Source: a bacterium (GTDB lineage Bacteria > UBA8248). From it: a stretch of 64,000 nt of DNA. The position numbers and the translations under genes are program-made. Of this stretch, positions 18,420-28,342 are shown piece by piece. Under the pieces are notes generated by a model. It had not been told where the DNA came from. It saw only the letters and a list, made by a program, of their open reading frames with translations, and made no database searches. Where the stretch lies: positions 288,001 to 352,000 of the forward strand of contig OZ242260.1 in the NCBI GenBank assembly GCA_965207065.1. Direction: 5' to 3'. Each line of letters starts with the position of its first letter. Position 1 is the stretch's first letter.

Positions 18420-19181
18420 TCAGGCCTTGCGTTTGCGCTCTTCATGGATTTCCTCCGCCCGGCGCAAGTCCGCTCTCGTGTTCACCCCCAAAGCCTCTTC
18501 GGGCGACGCCAATTCAAGGCCCAGGATCACGCGTCCCCCGGCGCGCGCGATGGGGAAAACGTCGGGCAGGTAGAACTCCCCCTGGTTGTTCTCGGCCCTG
18601 ATCCTCGGCAGGGCATCCCGCAGGAAAGCGGCCTCGAAGACGTAGGCGCCCGTGTTGATCTCGGTAATTTTCTTCTGCGCCTCCGTCGCGTCCGCCTCTT
18701 CCACCACGCCGATAAGCTGCGCGCCATCGCGCACCACGCGGCCATATCCCCGGGGTTCTCCGGCGGTTGCCGTAAGCATGGTGGCCGCCGCGCCCGCCTC
18801 TTCATGCAGGCGGGCCAACTGCCCCAGGGTGGCGGTTCGTATCAGGGGCGCGTCGCCGCACAGGAGATATAGATGCTTCACCTCGGCCGACAAGGCCGAC
18901 AAGCCGACCTCCGCAGCATGGCCCGTTCCGAGTTGCTCTTCCTGAAGGGCGAAAACGATATCCCCATCATCGCCCGCAAACGCCTCTTGAACGTCGCGGG
19001 CCCGGTGACCCACGACGATGACGACGGGCGCGGCGCCCGCCTCTCTCGCGCTGGTGACGACATGGCGGATCATGGGTTCTCCACCCACGGGATGCAGAAC
19101 CTTCGCCAGCGGGGATTCCATGCGCCTGCCCTGTCCGGCGGCAAGGATGACGGCGGAGAATCCATCGCCTTGATGCGCCAA
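18420..19181 (-). CDS. GlmU N-terminal (uridyltransferase) domain only
   Basis: ILAAGQGRRM..KVLH, QEEQLGTGHA, GDAPL, GYGRVVR, EINTGAY, NNQGEFYLPD, GVN; ends after 253 aa. Confidence 0.85.
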   Translation of the reverse strand: MAHQGDGFSAVILAAGQGRRMESPLAKVLHPVGGEPMIRHVVTSAREAGAAPVVIVVGHRARDVQEAFAGDDGDIVFALQEEQLGTGHAAEVGLSALSAEVKHLYLLCGDAPLIRTATLGQLARLHEEAGAAATMLTATAGEPRGYGRVVRDGAQLIGVVEEADATEAQKKITEINTGAYVFEAAFLRDALPRIRAENNQGEFYLPDVFPIARAGGRVILGLELASPEEALGVNTRADLRRAEEIHEERKRKA

Positions 19182-19186
19182 AAAAA

Positions 19187-20575
19187 TTATCTCCGGCGGG
19201 AGGGGGAAGATTTGGTAAGGCCGAATTCCAGGAGTTTTCTTCGCAGCGTGTTGCGGTTCATGCCCAGCAGACGCGACGCCTGCACCTGGTTCCCGCCCGC
19301 TTCGCGGAGCACCAGTTCGAGCAGGGGTTTTTCGACGCTGCGGATGGTGTGGTCATAGAAGTCGCTGCTCTCCCCGTCGCCCAGGGCGGTGACTACCGAG
19401 GAGAGCCTGTCACGGAAAAATTTCTCGATATCGCCGTTTTTCTTCTTTTGGGGAGAGGGGCTCAAATCATCGAGTGAAATCGAGTTGCCCTCGCTCACGA
19501 GGAAGGCGCGACAAACGGCCATCTCGAGTTCGGATTCATTTCCCCACCACTCCTGTCCGGAGAACCAATCCATCGCCGCCGGCGTAATGCGCCTTCTTGA
19601 TTGTCCGACCCGGCCCGAGAATTCATCCAGAATCCCCTGGGCCACGAGCGAGATGTCCTTTTTCCTCTCGCGCAGTGGGGGAATCTTGATGAGTCGGGTC
19701 GTCTCTTTGCGATAAAGACGCTTGAGAATATTGTCCTGTATCAGCCTTTCCGGGTCGTGCGTACACCCGAATATCACCCGAAACTCCTGCGAGAGGCTTT
19801 TCTTTCGCAAAACCCTGGCCAGCGCCTTCTGGAGATCCCTGTTGATGAGTTGGGCGTCTTCGATAAAGAGCGTACCCCCCTTTTCGACGATGTCGCCCTC
19901 TTCGCCGCGATTTTCTTCCATGCGATTGATGGCTTTGTCCAGCGTCGAGGCGCGCCGCATTTTCGGCCCCCAATGCAAAAACGGGTGCCGCGCCCCAGGA
20001 TACTGGGAATGAAGCGCGCGGGCGACGAGCCTGAAATTCAACCCCTTCTCCCCCTCCAGGAGAATGGACCGATATTTCTGCCCCGCAAGCTGAATCGAAC
20101 GCCTGAGCCTCTCGGCGGCCGCGCTTGTTCCCACGAACCGCCATCCGCCGGACTCTTCCCTCGCCTCGGTGCGAAGCCACCTGAGCTCCCTGCGAAGATT
20201 TCCCTCCTCGCTCAACGTCCGGGAGAACTGGAACACTTCCTCGGGATGCACTTCGTCGACGAAAACGGCCCGCGCGCCGGAGCGGATGCTCAAGGGAGTG
20301 AATCCCTTGTCCTCGGGGCGCAGCACTGCGGCGAAGGGCTTGCCCGTATCCGCGATTCTCCGCATCGGAGCCGCCTCGGCGGGAGCCGAAGCCCCGTAAA
20401 GAATGAAATCGCACCAATTCATGCGCGCGCGCGCCTTATGCGGCGTATCGAAATATAGCGTCTCCATGCCGATATTCCGCAAGCCGCCGAGCAAACCCTC
20501 TCTTTCCGGAGTAATGTGGCCTACGAAGAGCGCCTTGGCGCGTATCGCTTCCTTGTTGATTGCATTCACCCGCAC
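19187..20575 (-). CDS. Degenerate NtrC-like activator (REC-like, AAA+-like, Fis HTH)
   Basis: GGTLFIED, IPPLRERKKDI, WWGNESELE, GNQVQASRLLGMNRNTLRRKL; Walker A and GAFTGA are missing. Confidence 0.75.
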   Translation of the reverse strand: MRVNAINKEAIRAKALFVGHITPEREGLLGGLRNIGMETLYFDTPHKARARMNWCDFILYGASAPAEAAPMRRIADTGKPFAAVLRPEDKGFTPLSIRSGARAVFVDEVHPEEVFQFSRTLSEEGNLRRELRWLRTEAREESGGWRFVGTSAAAERLRRSIQLAGQKYRSILLEGEKGLNFRLVARALHSQYPGARHPFLHWGPKMRRASTLDKAINRMEENRGEEGDIVEKGGTLFIEDAQLINRDLQKALARVLRKKSLSQEFRVIFGCTHDPERLIQDNILKRLYRKETTRLIKIPPLRERKKDISLVAQGILDEFSGRVGQSRRRITPAAMDWFSGQEWWGNESELEMAVCRAFLVSEGNSISLDDLSPSPQKKKNGDIEKFFRDRLSSVVTALGDGESSDFYDHTIRSVEKPLLELVLREAGGNQVQASRLLGMNRNTLRRKLLEFGLTKSSPSRRR

Positions 20576-20581
20576 AACCCC

Positions 20582-20893
20582 TCAAAACATCCGAAAAACC
20601 GGCCCGGTATCCGAAAGACCGGAAAAGACCACTTTGCCGCCGATAGACGGCTGACTTTCGTCATCATCCGCCAGGCGGGCGAGAATCCGCCCCCCCTCAT
20701 CCAATTCAACCAACACGAGAAAATAAGGCGTCGGCATCCCCTGGGCACCCATGTGAACTGATGAGAAGCTGTAAACGATTCCACGACCGGAGGCTGGTCT
20801 CTGCTCCATCTCCCCGCCGCAATGCCCGCAACGCTCCGACTTCTCGAGATATATCCGCCCGCATCCGGCGCAAAAAAACGTCTCCATGCGCAA
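20582..20893 (-). CDS. DUF35-type Zn-ribbon/OB-fold thiolase partner
   Basis: CAGCG..CGHCG, SGRGIVYSFS, PYFLVLVELDEG. Confidence 0.85.
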   Translation of the reverse strand: MRMETFFCAGCGRIYLEKSERCGHCGGEMEQRPASGRGIVYSFSSVHMGAQGMPTPYFLVLVELDEGGRILARLADDDESQPSIGGKVVFSGLSDTGPVFRMF

Positions 20894-20912
20894 TCATCCA
20901 ACCTTTCTGCGC

Positions 20913-22073
20913 TCAGCCGGTCGCTCCGAGGATGTGCACGGCGCACGTGGCGCCCGAACCCCCGAGATTGTGGGCCAGGGCCACTTCGGCGCCTGGAACC
21001 TGGCGTGCGCGCGCCTCTCCGCGCAACTGAAGCGTGAGTTCATGAATCTGAGCCACGCCCGTCGCCCCCACCGGATGGCCTTTCGCTTTCAGGCCGCCGC
21101 TGGTGTTCACCGGCATCGCGCCGCCAAGCTTCGTCATTCCCTCGAGCGCGCCGCGGCCTCCCTCGCCTTTGGCGAAAAATCCCAGGTCCTCGAGCGCGAT
21201 GATCTCGGCGACCGTGAAACAATCATGTATCTCGGCCAGGTCGACGTCTTCGCGACTCAGCCCCGCCTGGGAGAATGCCTCCTCTCCCGCTTTTTGCGTG
21301 GCGTAAAACGAGGTGATGTCGCGCTTGTCAGAGAGAGCCGGTGAATCAGAAGCCTGCGCCGACGCCAGAACCTCGACCGGCTTATCGTGGTGAGCTGAAG
21401 CCATTTCGGTGGGGCACAGCACCACGGCCGCCGCCCCGTCGCTGATGAGCGAGCAATCGAAAAGCCCGAGCGGTTCGGCTACGGGCTTGGCGTCCATGAC
21501 CTGGGGGAGCGTCACGTCCTTTTGCATGTGCGCGTTCGGGTTGAGTTTGCCGTGGGCGTGGTTTTTCACCGCCACGTGGGCGATCTCCTCGCGCGTCGTC
21601 CCGTGCTCGTACATGTGGCGTCTGGCGATGAGACCGAAAAGGGCGGGAAACGTGGAGCCGACGCTTGCCTCCACCGCCACGTCCCCGGCGGCGGCGAGGA
21701 TGGAGGCCGTCTCGTCCGTCTCGGCGGAAGTCATCTTCTCCACCCCCGCGATGAGGGCGAAATCCACCTGCCCCGAAGCCACGGCCAGCACCCCCTGGCG
21801 CATGGCGAGCCCCCCCGAGGCGCAAGCGCCCTCGAGACGGGTGCAGGGTATTGCGCCCAGCCCCGCCGCGTGCGCCACCATGGGCGCGATGTGGTTCTGT
21901 CCGACGAAGGCCTGACCGGCGAAATTCCCCAGGAAAAACGCCTCGATTCGCTCGGGCGTGAGACCTGCATCCCCTAGCGCGTCCTTACAGGCGATAGCGC
22001 CCAGTGCGACCAGGCTCTCCGCCCGCACGCCAAATGGCGTGATGCCCGCTCCGATGATCGATACGCCTCGCAC
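20913..22073 (-). CDS. Thiolase (SCP-x/archaeal-type)
   Basis: EGACASGG, GVEKMT, AVKNH, DCSLISDGAAAV, EIHDCFT, GHPVGATG. Confidence 0.92.
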   Translation of the reverse strand: MRGVSIIGAGITPFGVRAESLVALGAIACKDALGDAGLTPERIEAFFLGNFAGQAFVGQNHIAPMVAHAAGLGAIPCTRLEGACASGGLAMRQGVLAVASGQVDFALIAGVEKMTSAETDETASILAAAGDVAVEASVGSTFPALFGLIARRHMYEHGTTREEIAHVAVKNHAHGKLNPNAHMQKDVTLPQVMDAKPVAEPLGLFDCSLISDGAAAVVLCPTEMASAHHDKPVEVLASAQASDSPALSDKRDITSFYATQKAGEEAFSQAGLSREDVDLAEIHDCFTVAEIIALEDLGFFAKGEGGRGALEGMTKLGGAMPVNTSGGLKAKGHPVGATGVAQIHELTLQLRGEARARQVPGAEVALAHNLGGSGATCAVHILGATG

Positions 22074-22093
22074 TTTTCACCCCCTCGCTGTAT

Positions 22094-23422
22094 TCATACG
22101 CGCGATTCGCGCATATCCACGAACCTTTTCGCCTTGAACGTCGTTCTCTCGAAAGAACCCGCGGGCAAGACCTCCACTTCGGGCGTCACCAGGAGTTCCG
22201 TCCCGAGTCTGTCTCGCAATTTATCGCTCAGGCCCGAGTTCGCCTCCCCCTCGGCGGCTTCGGCCACGACGACGCAGCGGTCCCGTCCCGTCGATTCATC
22301 CGGGTGCAGTTCCACGCGGAACTCGTTGCTGAGGCCAGAGAAACTTCGTACCACTTCTTCCACCTGAACCGGGTAGAACTTCGCCCCCTTGTAGATGACG
22401 AGGTCGTCATGACGCCCGAGTATCCCCCCGGGCGAGCGCAGGTGCGTTCTTCCGCAAGGGCTCGGGGAAGAGTCGACGCGCGCGAAATCGTTCGTCCAGT
22501 AGCGCAGCATGGGCGTTGCCTCGCGCGTGAGATGCGTGATGACGAGTATGCCCACCTCGCCTTCGGGCGTCGGCTCTCTCGTCTCGGGGTCGACCACCTC
22601 GATGACGTGGTGGTCCTCCGCCCAGATGAGGCCCGACTTCGCCGCCGATTCACTCGCAAAGGTCGGCCCGATCTCGCCGAGACCGTAATAATCATAGGCA
22701 TCGACGCCCAAGGCGGCCTCGATCCGGGAGCGCGTGGAGGGGTTCTGCGCGCCCGCCTCTCCACCGAAAGAACCGATTTTGAGTGGGATATCGCCGGGCT
22801 CCACGCCGCTTTCGCTTAGTTTCTCGCCGATGTACAGACCATAGCTCGGCGTGCTCAGGAGCACCGTCGAGCCGATAGTGGTGAGGTAGAGTATCTGCCG
22901 CTCAGTCATGGCGGCGCCGATGGGGATCACGAAGCAGCCAATCTTCTGGGTAGCGTAGTGCACGCTCATCCCGGCGACCCACAGGCCGTAGCTGAACGCG
23001 TTCTGGACGACGTCGCCCGGCCGCACCCCGAAGCTCCACATCGTTCGCGCCGTGAAATCCGCGATGTTCTCGACGTCTTGCTTGCTCCAGATCGTGCTCA
23101 CGGGGACGCCGGTCGTGCCTGTCGAGGGGTGGAGTTCGCCCCATGCCGAAGGCTCGGCGACGGTGTATCGCCCGAACGGCGGATGCGCCTTCTGCTCGTC
23201 TCTGAGTTCTTGCTTCGTGACGAAAGGAATTTTCCGCAGGTCATCGAGCGTGCGGATCGAATCGGGGCCTACGCCCGCCGCCTCTAAGCGTTCACGATAG
23301 AATTCGGATTCCTGATAGCAACGGCGGACTTGCCATTTGAGGCGTTCGAGTTGCAGGGAGGCGAGTTCATCGCGCGCCATGCGTTCGATGCGCTGATCCC
23401 AAAAATCGCCGTTTCCCACCAT
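22094..23422 (-). CDS. Phenylacetate-CoA ligase family (PaaK-like)
   Basis: PFVTKQELRD, HPSTGTTG, YDYYGLGEIG, LRYWTND, GRHDD, KAKRFVD. Confidence 0.85.
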   Translation of the reverse strand: MVGNGDFWDQRIERMARDELASLQLERLKWQVRRCYQESEFYRERLEAAGVGPDSIRTLDDLRKIPFVTKQELRDEQKAHPPFGRYTVAEPSAWGELHPSTGTTGVPVSTIWSKQDVENIADFTARTMWSFGVRPGDVVQNAFSYGLWVAGMSVHYATQKIGCFVIPIGAAMTERQILYLTTIGSTVLLSTPSYGLYIGEKLSESGVEPGDIPLKIGSFGGEAGAQNPSTRSRIEAALGVDAYDYYGLGEIGPTFASESAAKSGLIWAEDHHVIEVVDPETREPTPEGEVGILVITHLTREATPMLRYWTNDFARVDSSPSPCGRTHLRSPGGILGRHDDLVIYKGAKFYPVQVEEVVRSFSGLSNEFRVELHPDESTGRDRCVVVAEAAEGEANSGLSDKLRDRLGTELLVTPEVEVLPAGSFERTTFKAKRFVDMRESRV

Positions 23423-23612
23423 GGCCGCGGAACCTTCTAGTAGAGGGAAAAGCGAACAAACCCGTCCCGCACCCCACAACAAGTATTCAATTCACTGTCG
23501 AAAATCCCGGAAAGAGATGATAGAAAAAATAGCACACCAAGAAGTGGCGCGCAAGAAAAGTATTTTCAGGCAACCCCCGAAAATCCGCTTCGAGAGGCCA
23601 ATAAATGACAAA

Positions 23613-25535
23613 TCAAAAGGTTATCGTCGTTCCAGCCGCCTGCGGGTCGTCGAGCGCGCCGAGGAAAGCCTCCATCACCCGGGCCGGGCCGGGTCGGCCC
23701 TCGAGATTCAGCATGAAGCCATCCATCAGCTCCCGCCTCATCCATCCGGCGAACACCGCCGCCACGTCCAAATCCATCGGTTCCGGCATTGGCCCCTCGA
23801 GGTTTTCGTCCAGAAATATCTCGTTTACCTTATCTTCCAGGGCGCGAACGGGCGGTTCGCCTTTCTCGAAGGATACTTCATGGGCCAGGAGCCCGTCCTT
23901 GATGAAATAACAATATCGCTCCTCGCGCGTCTGCCCGGGTTCGACGATGATGAGCCTTCTCCTCTCGACGGACGGCCCTGACAGGGAATACATCTTCACC
24001 AGGTGATGAAGACGGGAGATATAACGCCTCAGCTTGCCGGGCGAAGGGCCTTCATCTCCCCAGGCTCTCTGCAGAAGTGAAAATACGCCCTCATCCTCTT
24101 TCGGGAGACGACCCTCCAGAAGATTCTTCAACGTATCGAACAGTTCCGCATATACCGAGTCCTGCAGACGGGGCCGTTTTCTGACACCCCGGGACCCGCC
24201 GCGCTTCTTGGCGTCGCGGAACCCATCCGGCGCTTCATAGGGGAGCGGAAAGGCGGCGCAAATGGCCTCCAGCAAATCGGAGAGCTGCGCTTTTTTCCGG
24301 AACGGGCCATAGTAACTGGCGCCGTCTCGATCGAGACGGGACACAAATGCTATCCCGGGCCGGTCGCCATTGCCGGAGAGCCTCAGAAACCCCCCGCCCG
24401 CTACGGCAAGGTTCCCGTTCACGAGGCTGGATTTTCGCATCGCTCGGAAGGCCTCGACGTTCATGGCCAGTTCGCTTCGCAGGCTCTTCGACTCCACATG
24501 GCGCACGCCCTTCAGCCTGAGGGCAAACCGGCCGGCGGAACGATTCTTGGGATAGAACATATCACGCACCGTTCGCTGTATGTCGTTGGCCTTGCCCGCG
24601 AACAGGAGTCTTTCGTCCTTGTCATACAAGCGAAAAACGCCGCGATCACGAGGGAGAGATTCAATCTTCGCCGGGTCAAGCCGAACCCCCTCCGCCATCG
24701 GTGGAGGAACACCTTCTTCGGGTTGCTGAAACTCAAGCAGGGATTCGAGGCTGTCCATTCCGCGCAATCGGCACATCTGCATGAAGCGGATGAAAATCTG
24801 CGCCGTCGCCTCGGCGTCGCTCAAGGCGCGGTGTCTCCCCTCCTCCGAGTCGGGAATCCCCAGGGTCGCGCTCAACTCTCCCAGATTGAAGCGTTTTTGG
24901 CCCGGCAGAAGCCGGTTCGCCAATTCAAAAGTGCAAAGAACCTGAGGCGAGAAATCGCGCTCCAGGAACTCCCGGGCGTAATACTGAAGAAAATGGAGGT
25001 CGAAATTCGCGCAATGGGCGACGAACACGCACCCGTCGATGAAGTCCAGAAACCCGGGCAGCGCTTCCATCAACCCCGGCTTGTCCGCCACCATGGCGTC
25101 GGTAATGCCCGTCAGGCGAACGACGTTCCAGGGAATCTCCCGGCCCGGGTTGACCAGGACGTCCCGGGAATCCACCACTTCGCCGGCGCGAACCTTGACG
25201 GCGGCCAATTCCGTAATCCGGTGCTGGGGGGGACGCCCGCCCGTGGTCTCGATATCGACGACGGCGAAGGTGGTATCGGGAAGAAACGGCGTGGAGAGCA
25301 AACGAGCGGCCTCATCCGCACTGATGGGGGCGCTCTTGCCGCTCCCGGCGCTTTTCTCAAGGAGCGGCTCCAGGATATCGAGCGCTGCCGAAGCTTCCAT
25401 CTCCTTGAGGTTCAAGGCTTTGCGGAGATATTGAAATGCGGCTGAATCTTGAATCGCCACCCGTTTCTCTTGTCTCGTTTCCTGAGCCATAATCCTGCGT
25501 TCTTGTGAAGACATGGGCCGTGATTCGAACAACAT
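23613..25535 (-). CDS. DEDDh (DnaQ-like) exonuclease fused to a UvrC/Cho-like GIY-YIG region (start may be 25490)
   Basis: VVDIETTG, AHCANFD, HRALSDA, followed by LPRDRGVFRLY..LFAGKAND and YYGPF. Confidence 0.8.
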   Translation of the reverse strand: MLFESRPMSSQERRIMAQETRQEKRVAIQDSAAFQYLRKALNLKEMEASAALDILEPLLEKSAGSGKSAPISADEAARLLSTPFLPDTTFAVVDIETTGGRPPQHRITELAAVKVRAGEVVDSRDVLVNPGREIPWNVVRLTGITDAMVADKPGLMEALPGFLDFIDGCVFVAHCANFDLHFLQYYAREFLERDFSPQVLCTFELANRLLPGQKRFNLGELSATLGIPDSEEGRHRALSDAEATAQIFIRFMQMCRLRGMDSLESLLEFQQPEEGVPPPMAEGVRLDPAKIESLPRDRGVFRLYDKDERLLFAGKANDIQRTVRDMFYPKNRSAGRFALRLKGVRHVESKSLRSELAMNVEAFRAMRKSSLVNGNLAVAGGGFLRLSGNGDRPGIAFVSRLDRDGASYYGPFRKKAQLSDLLEAICAAFPLPYEAPDGFRDAKKRGGSRGVRKRPRLQDSVYAELFDTLKNLLEGRLPKEDEGVFSLLQRAWGDEGPSPGKLRRYISRLHHLVKMYSLSGPSVERRRLIIVEPGQTREERYCYFIKDGLLAHEVSFEKGEPPVRALEDKVNEIFLDENLEGPMPEPMDLDVAAVFAGWMRRELMDGFMLNLEGRPGPARVMEAFLGALDDPQAAGTTITF

Positions 25536-25653
25536 GCTCCAAATGTAGCAGAAAGCGCATGAGGATCATAGCCGGTTACCCGTAAGCTCGTTCACCATGC
25601 GCGTCTGATTTGGTATAAACCAGATAACTGGTCTTTTCCTGAGGAGAGAAGCC

Positions 25654-26088
25654 TTGTTCGGAAGTATCGGTATGACGGAGTTGATTGTGATCATGGTGGT
25701 CGCCCTGGTCGTCATCGGACCCAAGCGTCTGCCGGAGTTGGCCCGCACGCTCGGAAAGGCCCTGGGCGACTTCAAGCGCGCCACGTCGGATTTTCAGAGC
25801 AGCTTCAGCATGGAAGACGACTACGATCTCGACGTGCTCGATGAGGAAGTAAAGGAAAAGGATAAAAAAGCCGGCTCCGAAGATTCGGACGAAGACAACG
25901 CCGACGAAGTAGACCACGACGAAACCGACGACGCGGCGGAGCAAACCGCCGAACCGAAACAGACCGAGGCGGACGAACCTGCTCCAGAGCCGGGCGACGC
26001 GAAGCCTGAGGCCGAGACCGCCGCCACGGAGAGCGAAGCGGCTGAGGATAAGACCGGGGCCGCGCGAGAGGACGACAAGCAGACGTGA
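25654..26088 (+). CDS. tatB: Twin-arginine translocase TatB/TatA family subunit
   Basis: IGMTELIVIMVVALVVIGPKRLPELARTLGK, long acidic tail, directly before tatC. Confidence 0.85.
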   Translation: MFGSIGMTELIVIMVVALVVIGPKRLPELARTLGKALGDFKRATSDFQSSFSMEDDYDLDVLDEEVKEKDKKAGSEDSDEDNADEVDHDETDDAAEQTAEPKQTEADEPAPEPGDAKPEAETAATESEAAEDKTGAAREDDKQT

Positions 26089-26852
26089 GCGGCGAATCTT
26101 CCATGCCCCTCACCGGGCACCTGACGGAGTTGCGCAACAGAATACTCTACATCCTGGGCACGATTCTCGTCGTGTTTCTGGGCGCCTATTTTTTTTCTGC
26201 CGAACTGCTGAACTTCATGCAGCGTCCCATCGCCGGTCAGAAACTCGTTTTCCTCTCGCCGACGGAAGCCTTTTTCGCGCACATCAAGGTCTCCTTCTTC
26301 GGCTCGGTGTTCATCAGCCTTCCCATCATCCTGTTTCAGATTTGGCGCTTCTGCGCCCCGGGGCTGCTGCACAGGGAGAAACGCTACATCGTGCCCTTCG
26401 TGTTTTTCTCGACGCTGAGCTTCATCGTCGGCGCCCTTTTCTGTTACTTCCTGATTCTGCCTTACGGACTTGCTTTTCTGTTGAGCTTCGCCACCGAAAA
26501 CCTGACGCCCCAGATTTCGATAGGTTTTTACATCTCCTTCGCCTTCAAGCTTATCTTTACGTTCGGTCTGGTGTTCGAAGTGCCGATCGTCACCATCCTG
26601 CTTGTGCAGATCGGCGTCATCACACCCGAATTCCTCTCGAAAAACCGCGGGTACGTCTTCGTCGGCGCATTCGTCCTCTCCGCTTTGCTAACGCCGCCCG
26701 ACGTGGTGACGCAGGTATTTCTCGCAGGCCCCGTCATCGTGTTGTTCGAGATCAGCATCATCGTCTCGAAAATCATCATGAAGCGAAAGAAAAAGCGCGA
26801 GGAAGAAAGGGAGAAGGAATGGGAAGACGACGATGACGATGATTCGGATTAG
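26085..26852 (+). CDS. tatC: Twin-arginine translocase TatC
   Basis: MPLTGHLTELRNR, QIWRFCAPGL, FEVP, LTPPD. Confidence 0.95.
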   Translation: MSGESSMPLTGHLTELRNRILYILGTILVVFLGAYFFSAELLNFMQRPIAGQKLVFLSPTEAFFAHIKVSFFGSVFISLPIILFQIWRFCAPGLLHREKRYIVPFVFFSTLSFIVGALFCYFLILPYGLAFLLSFATENLTPQISIGFYISFAFKLIFTFGLVFEVPIVTILLVQIGVITPEFLSKNRGYVFVGAFVLSALLTPPDVVTQVFLAGPVIVLFEISIIVSKIIMKRKKKREEEREKEWEDDDDDDSD

Positions 26853-27031
26853 TCCCTTGCGGGCGCCCCGCCCATAAAGACGGATTACGTCCCCGGACGC
26901 GTATAAGGAGCCCATCTTGAATTCCCCGGACTCCCGCGCCGAGTTAGCCTCCGCCCATAGAATCAACTACTCACTGGATATGCCCAATCTACCCGAAACC
27001 TGCGCGCAACCCGAGTGAGCGCCGCCTCAAT

Positions 27032-27313
27032 ATGAAAGAAGAGACGCGGCGGATCCGCCTCATCATCCGTGGCCGGGTGCAGGGCGTCTGGTACCGGGGC
27101 AGCGCTCAGGAGGTCGCCGGTGAACTCGGCCTCACAGGATGGGTGAGAAACTTGAGCGACGGGAGCGTGGAACTGGTCGCCGAAGGTGTGAGTTCTGCGC
27201 TCGAAGCCCTCAAGGTCTGGTGCCGTGAGGGGCCGCCTTTAGCGAGAGTCCATGACATCTTTGAGGAGCAATTGACGCCTTGCGGGAAACCGGCCACGTT
27301 CGAGGTGCGCTGA
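27032..27313 (+). CDS. acyP: Acylphosphatase
   Basis: GRVQGVWYR, GWVRNLSDGSVE, GPPLARV. Confidence 0.92.
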   Translation: MKEETRRIRLIIRGRVQGVWYRGSAQEVAGELGLTGWVRNLSDGSVELVAEGVSSALEALKVWCREGPPLARVHDIFEEQLTPCGKPATFEVR

Positions 27314-27317
27314 TTCG

Positions 27318-28214
27318 CTAGATGCCTGCAAATCCCGTCCAGAAGATGAGATAAGAGGAAATGGCGTTCAGGTAGTTCGTGATCAGCAGGCCGCCCACGA
27401 GCAGAAGCATGGCGCTGCTCGCGATTTCCACCCCGCGGAAATAGCGCCGGAACGACTGATAAAACCGGAAAAAATACCCCACGCACAGGCCGCTCAGGAG
27501 AAACGGAACGCCCAGACCGGCGGAATAGCTCGCCAGGAGAATGACACCCTGCCCTGCCGTTTGCTGCGTTCCGGCGAACAGGAGAATGCTGCCCAGAATC
27601 GGGCCGACGCAGGGCGTCCAGCCCGCGGCGAAGGTGACGCCGACCAGCATGCTGCCGAGCCAGCCTGCGGGCTTGCTTTTCAGCATGATGCGGCTCTCCG
27701 AGGAGAGCACGGGCGCGAAAACGGCCACGAACACATAGAGCGCGATGGCCGAGAGCACCCCGCCCAGCGCGGGGTAGCCCATTTGCAGGCCCGCCAAGCC
27801 CGCCAGAAAAACCAGGGCGGCGAACGCGCCGCTCACGCCGGTCGGTTTTTCGGAGAAAAACCTCTGTACCCTGAATTCAAAAGCTCTATCGCCGACATAA
27901 AGACCGAACATGGTGATCATGATGCCGCCCAGCAGCCTGACGTGATCCTGATACTGAAACAATATATTTCCCACATAGGACACGCTGGCGCCCAACATGA
28001 TGAAGACGATAGAAAACCCTGCCACGAAGAACAGGGAATTCACCAGGATAACGCTTCTCACGCGGGCGGCCTCTCCGCTCTCTCTGATTTCCTCATAGGA
28101 CAAACCCGTTAAGTAGGAAAGATAACTGGGGACCAGCGGGAGGATGCACGGGGAGGCGAAACTGAGCACCCCCGCCGCGAAAGCCAGGCTCAAGGACACA
28201 TTTTCCGGGGCCAT
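27318..28214 (-). CDS. ccdA: Cytochrome c biogenesis protein CcdA, with an extra hydrophobic insertion
   Basis: SFASPCILPLVP and GWTPCVGPILG. Confidence 0.88.
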   Translation of the reverse strand: MAPENVSLSLAFAAGVLSFASPCILPLVPSYLSYLTGLSYEEIRESGEAARVRSVILVNSLFFVAGFSIVFIMLGASVSYVGNILFQYQDHVRLLGGIMITMFGLYVGDRAFEFRVQRFFSEKPTGVSGAFAALVFLAGLAGLQMGYPALGGVLSAIALYVFVAVFAPVLSSESRIMLKSKPAGWLGSMLVGVTFAAGWTPCVGPILGSILLFAGTQQTAGQGVILLASYSAGLGVPFLLSGLCVGYFFRFYQSFRRYFRGVEIASSAMLLLVGGLLITNYLNAISSYLIFWTGFAGI

Positions 28215-28342
28215 TGTTTTTCCTTATGAAAATCGCCGGCGGCCATGCGGATGATTCGGTTGATTCTACACAAGCCCAACAGGGTATTTTATCACAACAA
28301 AACTATGGACGAGATGTATTTGCCGGGATGAGGGAAACTCGA

